A DNA stretch of 64,000 nucleotides, taken from NCBI GenBank assembly GCA_013265495.1, contig MU057711.1, positions 186,001 through 250,000 on the forward strand, given 5' to 3'. The position numbers and the translations under genes are program-made. How positions within the stretch are numbered: the first letter of the stretch is position 1; each line of letters starts with the position of its first letter. A model generated the notes under the pieces. It was not told the origin of the DNA. It did no database searches and saw only the letters and a program-made list of their open reading frames with translations. This DNA is from Vicugna vicugna (lineage: Eukaryota). Shown piece by piece: positions 54,840-64,000 of the stretch.

Positions 54840-55384
54840 TTTTTTTTTCTTTTTTATTGAGTTATAGTCAGTTTACAATGTTGTCAATTTCCAGTGTAGA
54901 GCACAATTTTTCAGTTATTACACGAACATACATATATTCATTGTCAAACTCTTTTTCTCTGTGAGCTACCACCAGATTTTGTATGTATATATTTCCCTGT
55001 GCTGTGCAGTATAATCTTGTTTATCTATTCTACATATGTCTGTTAGTGTCTACAAATTTCGAACTCTCAGTCTGTCTCTTTCCACCCTCCCCCTACCATG
55101 GCAATCACAAGTTTGTATTCTATGTCTATGAGTCTGTTTGTGTTTTGTAGTTATGTTATTTTTATTTTTTAATTTTTTTAGATTCCACATATGAGCAATC
55201 TCATATGGTATTTTTTCTTTCTCTTTGTGGCTTACTTCACTTAGAATGACATTCTCCAGGGACATCCATGTTGCTGCAAATGGCGTTATGTTGTCGTTTT
55301 TTATGGCTGAATAGTATTCCATTGTACAAATATACCACATCTTCTTTATCCAGTCATCTATCGATGGACATTTAGGCTGTTTCC
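54840..55384 (-). mobile_element. Young 5'-truncated LINE-1 (ORF2 C-terminal end plus 3' UTR)
   Basis: ORF 55050..55340 (MWYICTMEYYSAIK...PFAATWM). T-rich tail. Perfect 15-bp TSD tgttagtatttttct at 54825-54839 and 55385-55399. Near-identical to 29899-30420. Confidence 0.95.
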
Positions 55385-55551
55385 TGTTAGTATTTTTCTG
55401 AAATTTCTTTTTTTTTGCTTGTCTTTAAAAAAAATTATTATTTTTTTAAATTGAGGTAACATTGATTTATAATGTGAAATTTATTTCACTGAAGCGTCCA
55501 GTGTTCACATGCTTTTTTGTTAATGTAGGAAATGTTTTTCTCTCATTCCAG

Positions 55552-55647
55552 GGCTGTTCCTGGTCAGTGATATTTGTGGATCTCGATGCCCACAATCGCA
55601 ATAGGCAAACTTTGTGCTCACTGTTACCCAGAGAATCAAGATCTCAT
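55552..55647 (+). CDS. PHKB: PHKB coding exon (about exon 9): [32 protein letters not shown]
   Basis: Acceptor ctcattccag|, donor CAT|gtaaga, 96 nt, phase 0-0. Visible within ORF 55462..55665. Confidence 0.97.
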
Positions 55648-55972
55648 GTAAGATTTTTTTTATAATAAATTAACATGAACTGTTGTTTATGATTGATGTG
55701 TGGTTTTGTTTGTTTTTTGCAAGAAAGTGCTCTTAAGTGTCAGAGGTTGCCAGAAGAGGTAAGAAGAGAGAATAGATGTTGCTGCCCCCTCCCCTGGCCC
55801 ATGGAAGTCTTGTTCAGGAAGTGAGCAGAGCTGTGGAGAAAGCAGCTTTTTCCTTTGAGTCTTTTGTAAAGCAATAGAGAACTAGTTACATTGTTTTCTT
55901 TTTGGAGGAGTAGCAACATTATACTGAAATGAATTTTTTGGCCACAGAATATTATGTATTAGAAATATATAA

Positions 55973-56032
55973 TTAACCAGAAATTAACACAGTTTTGTAA
56001 GGTGACTATACTTCAATAACAAATTTTTTTAA
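55973..56032 (+). mobile_element. Extremely truncated (about 60 bp) L1 3' tail
   Basis: ccagaaattaacacagttttgtaaggtgactatacttcaataa resembles 24617-24658. Flanked by direct repeat aaatatataa (55963-55972 and 56033-56042). Confidence 0.7.
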
Positions 56033-56577
56033 AAATATATAAAATATTAGGAAAATATTTTTTATAATTTAAGTTTCTTTTGAATAAAATTACTTTCCTT
56101 GTTTCTTTTCTCTTATTCAATTCACCTTTTTTCTTTGATAAATTTTTATATGCCTATATAGCATCTGGCTGCAGATGTTTCTAGGAGTATTTTTACAATA
56201 TAAATTTTAATAGTTGCTAATTTACTTAGCTAATTGTTGGACATTTAGATTGTTTTCTGGTGTTCACTATTATAAACAAGTTGTTATGACAAACTAGTTG
56301 TAATGACTAATTATTGGTGTTAAAGTTTTACACACTGCCTTAAGTAATGCCTTAAAGTTTGAGTCCAGTGTTGAACCTTGAAACTACTCCTTATTATTGA
56401 ACAAAGTTTTATCTCCTCTGTAAGGTTCCCTAAACCATGCTATGTAGACATCTCCCTGTCCCTTGGGGCACAGCAATCTCACTGTCAGATAACCTTAGTG
56501 GCTTTTCATCTCTGTGATCCTCCTGGATCATATTGCTGCAGGCACTTACATTTCCTTCTTTTTTTTATTGCTCCCAG

Positions 56578-56775
56578 AACACTGATGCTGCCCTGCTCCC
56601 CTGCATCAGCTATCCTGCATTTGCTTTGGATGATGAAGTTCTGTTTAACCAGACACTTGATAAAGTGGTTAGAAAACTGAAAGGAAAATACGGATTTAAG
56701 CGTTTCTTGAGAGATGGGTATAGAACATCATTGGAAGATCCCAACAGACGCTACTACAAACCAGCTGAAATTAAG
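56578..56775 (+). CDS. PHKB: PHKB coding exon (about exon 10): [66 protein letters not shown]
   Basis: Acceptor ttgctcccag|, donor AAG|gtatca, 198 nt, phase 0-0. Visible within ORF 56533..56880. Confidence 0.97.
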
Positions 56776-56809
56776 GTATCAAAAAAATATCCCATATCAG
56801 ATAGCATAC

Positions 56810-57075
56810 CAGAATGGTCAGGGGCACAGATTCAGGAAGCAGACTTCTTGGGTTTGAATTCTGCCTCTACCACTTACTAGCTGTCTGGCCTTGGGCAAGT
56901 TAACTAACCTCTGTTTAATATTCTTCATTAGTGAAATAATATTAGTACCTACCATTATTGGTCCTATTATTGGGATTTCTGTGAGGAATAAATGAATTAA
57001 TACATATAAAAGTATGTATATAAAAGCACCCAGAACGGTGTTAGCACATAGTAATCTCTCAATCAGGTAGTTCTT
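56810..57075 (+). mobile_element. MIR SINE
   Basis: gggtttgaattctgcctctaccacttactagctgtctggccttgggcaagtt...gtgaggaataaatgaattaatacatataaa. Other MIR-like copies at about 2130-2300, 12210-12330, 43830-43965, 45520-45690, 51410-51660 and 54230-54400. Confidence 0.85.
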
Positions 57076-57463
57076 ACTACCATTGAGGCCCGTTTGCTCA
57101 TACTGGACCCTGTTGATTCAGTGGGTGATTAATTTTTCTGTTGCACTTTCCGTGCTTTGCCTGCCTGCTCTATAATATTTGTCTTACATAATAGAAAATA
57201 TCTATTTGTGATACAATTTTCAATTTATTAAGCAAGCACTCTTTTTTCTGTTTCACTTAGACACTTCCCATTTAGAGGAATATAGTCCTCTAAATATTTA
57301 GTTTTAAAATATTTTATGTTTCAAGTACATATATATACCCCATATCTAGGTTTATTCTAGCTGTTTTTAAGCTGCCCAGAAACTATTATAGCACCCCACA
57401 AAAAGTAAGCATCCATCCACATTACTGAAGACTTTGCTTTAGTGGGGTAGATTGAAAATCATT

Positions 57464-57466
<3 letters not shown>

Positions 57467-57500
<34 letters not shown>
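57467..57500. repeat. (CA)17 microsatellite
   Basis: Perfect CA run read directly. Confidence 0.95.
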
Positions 57501-57503
<3 letters not shown>

Positions 57504-57529
57504 CCCTCCCTATGTGCCTCCCATTGTCT

Positions 57530-59060
57530 CTCTCTGTTGTCATACTTCTAAAGAGCACGGTATGTTCTGGGTGTGTCTCCTTGTTTGCCCCTTACTTAAT
57601 TCTTTACCCTATAATCTAGCTCCTCTCCCCAGCACTTCTCAGTGGCTGTGCTGTCTTCAGTCAGTTTATGTCACTGAGTCATTATGGGTGCTTTTCCGAT
57701 CTTATTTCACTGGCCCTCTTATGGGCATTTGAGTGTTTTAACTGAGTCTCTGTCTCTACCTCTGTCTTGGGAGGTTCTCCTCCATTTTCTGTGACTTCAT
57801 TCTCTTCCTAATTCTCTGTTTACACCTCTCACTGTCTTTGTTAGTCTCCTTTGCAGGTTCTTCTGCTGCTGCTTTTCCTTAAACATTGTTCGTCTCCTGG
57901 AATCCATCCTCAGTCCTGTACTCTTTTCATACCATCTGTGCGATTATTGCTTTAGCAATCACTGTTAATTCCGGATCTCTATCCCTAACTCATACTTCTG
58001 CCCCTGAGTGCCCTACCACGTATCCAGCTGCCTTTTGGACATCCTTACTAGGACGCACTGAAGTCTGCCTATGTTCACCTTCCACTCTTCGGCACAAGCC
58101 CCAAACCTGAGGCTCATTCTAGGGTCTTCCCTCTCATTCAGCCTTCTTTGTTACTCACCTAGGCTGACAAGTTTAACCACCTTCACACCTTAAAAGTCTG
58201 CCCCTTCCTCTCTCTTAACTCCTTGGTTTAGGTTAGTGATCCACAACCAGGAATGATTTTGCTCCCCAGGGGACATTTGACAATACCTGCAGACATTTTC
58301 CATGGCCACAATTTGGTGGGTGCTACTGGCATCTGGAAGGCAAAAACCAGAGATGCTATTAAATGTCCCACAGTGCACAGGACAGCCCCTGCAGCAAAGA
58401 ATTTCTTGGCCCAGAATGTCAGTAGTGCTGAAGTTGAGAAATCTCAGGTTAGGCTAACATCTTTTCTCTTTGGATTGTTCCCAGCAGCCTTCCACTTGGT
58501 CTCCATATTTCTTGTCCTCTTCAGTACCGCCAGCTGTTCATCTAGCAAGTAAATCTGATCCTGTTTAGTATCCACCAGTGCTTCCCTGTCGCTTTCAGAT
58601 CAAAGTCTTTGTCTCTTCGCATGACTTCTCAGGCCCTTCCTTGTCTGGCCCTCCTGGCTTCAGCTTTCACTACTTCTTCCTTACTAATTCCAAAAATACC
58701 GAATTGCTAGTAGTTTCTTTAACAAACTTTGCCCTTCATGCATCTCTAGTTTGTACTGTGTGGAAGTCCCTTACCTCATCTCCCCAGAGAAATCCAACAA
58801 GCGTTAGTGGAGGCATCTTCTTTCCTATAAACCCTTCCCTGACGCGCTAGGCAGACTCAGATGTCTCATGCCCTTGGTTCTCGGTATATACCATGTGCAG
58901 ACATTCTGTAATGTACTGTAGTTGTTTATTTCCATGCCTGTCTTCCCACTAGGCTGTGACCCCTAGAGGACGGGTCCTCTGTCTTTTAATCTTCATAGCC
59001 CTCTGTCTAGTTGAGGCCAGGCATTACTGTGTACTTAGTAAATATTTATTGAATGAATAA
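57530..59060 (+). mobile_element. LINE-2 remnant (interrupted by MER20)
   Basis: Pyrimidine-rich L2-type body ending gtcttcccactaggctgtga...agtaaatatttattgaatgaat. Confidence 0.7.
58234..58446. mobile_element. hAT-Charlie MITE MER20, inserted into an L2
   Basis: tgattttgctccccaggggacatttgacaat...tgctactggcatct...cccacagtgcacaggacagcccc...gcccagaatgtcagtagtgctgaagttgagaaa. 8-bp flanks gtttaggt and ggttaggc. Confidence 0.88.
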
Positions 59061-59266
59061 TTACTGTGTGATGGATTAAATGAATGAATTTTTGAATAAT
59101 AAGAATTCTGAAAAAAAATTTTGAAAAAACAGTGAAACTACTTATAAAATCAGTCCAATTTTGTTATTACAGTAAATAAATTTTTATGTGTATATTCTAA
59201 CAATAGAAGTGTTTGAATATAATTGTTCTAAATAATTGTTGAAATCTTTAACATTTTCTGTTTTAG

Positions 59267-59324
59267 CTATTTGATGGCATTGAATGTGAATTTCCCATAT
59301 TTTTCCTTTACATGATAATTGATG
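59267..59324 (+). CDS. PHKB: PHKB coding exon (about exon 11): LFDGIECEFPIFFLYMIID(G)
   Basis: Acceptor tctgttttag|, donor G|gtaagt, 58 nt, phase 0-1. Confidence 0.96.
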
Positions 59325-59855
59325 GTAAGTGAGCTTTTCTCCTGAAATTTAAGCTGTAGATTATAAATGGTTTAAAGAGCAGAGATAAAATATGACTCCT
59401 TTCATCTAGCAAAATAGACTGCACTTAGTGATGTTAACACTCTGCATTTTTATGTGCTGCTCATCTGCTTTCTGAGTTAATGTTAAGTCATTTAAAAATG
59501 AAATACATTGAACTATTTAAAAATGATACAAATATATTTTTGTATTTACAAAGGAGAATTTTTTATGAATAGAAATCATGAGTACTGTAATCCATGACAT
59601 TGTGAATGTCTATAACATTTACACTTAAGAATAGAGAAATTTCAATTAAAATTCAGTTTTTAATTCTAAATGCTTATGTGACCTTCTAAAATCGATTTCC
59701 TGGAAAAATAGCATAAACATTTGCATTACCTTTTTTCAATGTTGTTTTTATCATTTACATACAAAATTACCAGAATGATTACAATTGGGCTAATATTTTT
59801 TTCTGAGGTGCTTATTGAACTCAGGTGCTATTGGATGTTATATTTTACATTTTAG

Positions 59856-59933
59856 GTGTTTTCAGAGGCAATCCCAAACAAGTAAAAGAATATCAGGATC
59901 TTTTGACTCCAGTACTTCATCACACCACAGAAG
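59856..59933 (+). CDS. PHKB: PHKB coding exon (about exon 12): (G)[25 protein letters not shown](G)
   Basis: Acceptor acattttag|, donor AAG|gtatat, 78 nt, phase 1-1. Confidence 0.96.
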
Positions 59934-61890
59934 GTATATAGTTGGAATGCTTTTTTCAAGAAATTCTTTCTACCAATATTCCTTTAATGTTCGTTTGAAA
60001 CGTATGAATGATTTCTTTTTGAACAGAACAATTTATATTAAAATGAAAAAAAGGCCCTCAAATGAATTAGAGAGAATCATGTATTAGTTTGTTATAATAA
60101 AGTTGTTTTCATGAAAGGAGTTCATCAGGTAAGATGATGGAGATAATTAAAGTGGTCACAACCATAGTAACTACGAGATAGTTTGCCAGATGGGCAGAGC
60201 GTCCTCATTTGTTACCTACTGTGAAACTCCTTCACTGTATGTCCGGTGACAGTAATACAAAGTGACTGGTTTTTATGCAGGTCACCAGAAATGGCTGTGG
60301 AGGTGAGTGCTGACCCCTCCAGAGGGCCACTGAGGGATGCTCTGCCCTAGCCTAAAAGCACTACTGTTGCCAAGAACATTCTAGCCTCCTCTTTGGAGAT
60401 GTTTCGAGGACTTTCTGCATGTTGCACATTATTTTGAGTGTTTGCTGTGGTTCTAAAATGCCATCCTTTGAGAATGGATTTAATATTTCAGAAATGGTCA
60501 AAAGGCCTAGAGTATATTGGTTTCAGTTAAACACCAGCAGAGTCCATAAAAGAATATAACTAATTTTTCTGTATGACTAGAAAACTAATTCTCAAAGGAA
60601 TTCCAAAGAAGTTCCAGGTATCTTTGGGGTTTGGAGGTATTAATAAAATAATAATATATTCTCATGAGTGAGTAGTTTTGAAGGCACATTTATCTGAAAG
60701 TTAAAACTATGGTGTGTTGATTAAAAAAAAAAAAGAAGTGGTCTTAGGATGCAGTGCATAGCCTGGCAGTCATAGCACCAGGCCCCATTCCTATCTCACG
60801 TGACGTTTGTGATATTCTTTAGGGTTTTCCACAAGTATCTTAGAGTAAATATACTGTGTGCTTGCTCTTTAAAATACATGTAATGTTAAAGCAGCAAAGT
60901 GTTCATAGATAAAGATGAATTCCAAATAAATATTAATGTTTAAACCTGTTATTTTTGTCTTTGTGCTCCAGATAACCTTTGGCCAATGTGAGAAATAATG
61001 TAAAGAATGGTGTAGTGAATATATTTAAAATCCCTTGACTGAGACCGTTTAATATTCAGCGGTAGATCACTGATGCGTTGAGGTGGTAGTCCATGTACCA
61101 CACGTCAGGCTTCATCATGTTTAGAGAAGGATGTTCAAACTATTCTCTGTGTATCATAAACCTTTTTACTGGTTTTAGGTACAAATATCATTATTGATTG
61201 ATACATGAAGAAAGAAGCCCATTTTAGGGAAATCTGTACAATTTTATTAGAAAAATTAAGTTTCCTATATGGGCTGATACTACAAAAAGTCTTCTGTAGC
61301 ACTCTGTTAGAATGTTTTTTCCCCCTTCATCCACAGATTCTAGTCTTTACGTAATTTTTCATTTCTACCAGGAAATATTTTTAAATGGGTTGGTCACAGG
61401 GGAAGATGGATTTTTTTTCTCTGTAGTGATATTGAATGGTAGATTAATGGACCTAGTGTTTAAAATGGGGATTTCTTTGCTCTAAGCAATGGCTCAGGGT
61501 TATAATTCTTCATTTAAGATTACATAGTGTCTCATTTGTAAAGCTTGCACAGACTAATCCTATTAAAAATAGCTTCTTTCATGGCCCTAAATATTTACAT
61601 GCTGTGTATTTATCGATTCATTTAAAGGTGTTAAAATTAAATGTCGTTAGAGAAGATTATGTACACATTGTTGGCTAACATATAACTTCTCATGTGAATT
61701 TGTGTTTTAAAGGCAAGAAGCTTTTTCCACATTTTTCACTGGGAATTTCTGAAAAGAGCCAGAATATCCAGTTTTCTATTGTACAACCTTTCTCTATGTG
61801 TTCTTTCTAACCATTGCAGTTTCTTGAAGGGAAGATTTGGGGAGGACACTGATTTGTTGTATTTTAAATGTTTGTTTTTAAACTCCATAG

Positions 61891-62049
61891 GTTATCCGGT
61901 CATACCAAAGTACTATTATGTGCCAGCTGACTTTGTAGAAAATGAGAAAAAAAAGCCTGGTAGTCAGAAACGATTCCCTAGCAACTGTGGCCGTGATGGA
62001 AAACTGTTTCTTTGGGGACAAGCCCTTTATGTCATTGCAAAACTCCTGG
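61891..62049 (+). CDS. PHKB: PHKB coding exon (about exon 13): (G)[52 protein letters not shown]
   Basis: Acceptor aactccatag|, donor G|gtaagt, 159 nt, phase 1-1. Visible within ORF 61779..62057. Confidence 0.97.
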
Positions 62050-64000
62050 GTAAGTGAAGAAGATTGGAAACTTTTTTTTTCCCCTTGTCATCAAGTCTTT
62101 AGAAATAAGTATGTTTTTGGTGACGTTCTTCTTAAATTTGGGTGTTGTTTCATGCTGTTAAGAGGTCTTGAGGGAGTTTCTTAGCAGGTAAAAGTATATT
62201 AATATGTCTGTTTCACTGAATGATGATGGCAAGTTTTGGGGTGAAAGTCCAATAGGTGTGGGTACCATTATGATCATTTGGAGGCTGCATTCAGCTTCGT
62301 GGATAGGTTTCTAGCAGAAGGCCATGGGAACTTTGAGTCTCTTTTATTAATGTAATAAAATTCTGATTTAATGTAACAATCATGCTTATGCATAGCTTTA
62401 GTAAACCAGTTGACAAAAAGAATAGGTTATGTCAGAGTTCTCTTTCTGTTAAATACACGTTGGCATTTTACTCAGTTAGGTGGAAGCTTACTGGGACCAT
62501 TATTCATAATGCTTTGAAGAATTATTTTTCAACTTCTCCTAAAACTTCAGCTGAAGTGTTTACGAACACACTGAAATGAAGGCTAATTTAATGAACACAA
62601 AAAAGCATTGTACCTCTTTCTGCACCATTCCTTGCTAAAATTTTAAATGCTATTAGCATTTCCATCAGAGAGGCTATCATATTAGTCAGAATTCTTTTAT
62701 GGCAAACAGATTATGAAACAGGCTGATTGTAAAAACTACCTTCACTAAAAGCTGTGTGAAATACTGTTACTGTCTTTGTTGTTCTTACTATTACTGCATA
62801 AATGCTAAATTTGTTGGTGTTGTTAGAGTAATCATCTTTGGTTCCTTTTTTTTTTTATATTCCACTAAAGAAGAATATTTCAAAGTCTAGATATCCGGTT
62901 TAAGCTTTACACAAATGATGTAAAAAAGCAGACAGAAGCTAACCAAAAAAGAAAATTAAGCTAATGTTGTTTTCAGTTTGCTCCTTTACTTTCTGTGTTT
63001 TCTGGGTCTCCATATACACTTAATGCCAATTGAACAAGCCTGTAGAAAAATTTTCTCCTTCAAAGGAACGGCTCTTTGATAAGGAGTTGATACTATTTAT
63101 ACAGGTTTTGCTTTAAGATTTTCCAAAAGAATAAATATATATACACAAAGTACGTTTCTTAGAATCAAGCAGTAAGCTTATCTCTGGTTAGAATTTTATT
63201 TCCATCTCATTAGCATGAATACAGAGAACCCTTGTTGATACTCAGTTCAATAAAACATATTTTCGTAGAGGAGTAGTTAACCTATCTACAGACAAGAATT
63301 TTAACATCAGAATCGTACATTTCTGTAAACTACACTTGGAAATTACAAATGAGCATGATGAAATTTTTCAGTGGTTCTGAGACTGAAAACTGGTACCTGG
63401 GATATGGGATTTGAGATCTAAGCCTTCCTCATCCTGTTTTTTGCTATATATCCAGCCTGGGGTTGATAACAGCTGGAAAGATTGCTATTTGAGCTAAGCC
63501 TCTGGATAAAATTTAGAAGGCTAATGAATTGGGAATGCAGAATTAGCTATTCTACATAAGCAGACTGAGCTTTTTTTTTTTTTAAACAAAGAAAAAGACT
63601 GAAAACAGAATCAGTTAGTAAAAAAACATTGGACCTCCCTGATTCCAAAATAAATGTATTGAATGTAGATAGATTTTGAGTGTAGATAGCATTTTCTTAT
63701 ATTATGACCAGAATGAACAGAAATAGTCCAGGTCATGCCTTCACCCCTGTTTCATGACCAAAAAGAATAAGAAAGAGCCTTCAATTCTCTTCAAGAAAGA
63801 GTCAATTTCTCTTTTGCCTGCTGTGCTTCTGAAAAGGCATTGGAGAACATGCAGAAGGTGTGTGCAAACTGAAACCATGTACTTATCTCCTACTGAAAAA
63901 GGAGATGCTGCCTATTAATTAGCACTCTGACCTAACTGAGTGTCATCTGGTTAACAGCTCACTGGTTAAAATGAATAAGATCTCAGAAGACTGAATCATT

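Larger units (their letters stand above)
9755..62049 (+). other. PHKB: PHKB gene, partial (12 internal coding exons, about exons 2-13; gene extends beyond both window ends)
   Basis: Exon lengths 90,139,100,108,81,116,64,96,198,58,78,159 (sum 1287 nt) with AG/GT boundaries and matching phases give one open frame matching the recalled PHKB N-terminal glucoamylase (GH15)-like region. Confidence 0.98.

Noticed and set aside
56776..56790. U12-type (minor) intron at donors starting gtat (25004, 56776, 59934)
   Set aside because: They read gtatgg, gtatca and gtatat, not the U12 consensus GTATCCTT.
1511..62579. Remaining short ORFs in the six-frame track
   Set aside because: They are 60-120 aa, biased to F/L/I/S/K as expected from AT-rich DNA, or are shadows of PHKB exons and repeats. 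None has independent support.
1..64000. A novel multi-gene system (CRISPR, operon, defence island, retron-like RT)
   Set aside because: The window is eukaryotic intron/exon DNA of one known gene. There are no repeat-spacer arrays or gene clusters, and the only RT is a decayed LINE-1 ORF2.

Overview
AT-rich, CpG-poor mammalian genomic DNA lying entirely inside one + strand gene, PHKB (phosphorylase kinase regulatory subunit beta). Twelve internal coding exons can be read directly (9755-9844, 11752-11890, 16602-16701, 21504-21611, 24923-25003, 42991-43106, 49875-49938, 55552-55647, 56578-56775, 59267-59324, 59856-59933, 61891-62049). All have GT-AG boundaries and compatible phases, and they splice into one 1287-nt open frame from GSIYEPLKS to ALYVIAKLL, about residues 26-455 of the human protein as I recall it (exons 2-13). 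The first exon(s) and the 3' part of the gene lie outside the window. The introns hold ancient eutherian repeats (MIR, L2, L1M, MLT1, hAT/Tigger MERs), several young 5'-truncated L1 copies with target-site duplications (TSDs), and a tRNA-derived SINE resembling camelid Vic-1, which suggests a camel/alpaca/llama genome. I found no evidence of a previously undescribed biological system. The items worth checking are splicing-level hypotheses (inverted young L1s around frame-symmetric exons, candidate poison exons, sense-strand L1 poly(A) signals) and nested transposon history. Repeat family names come from recalled consensus sequences, not from a search.
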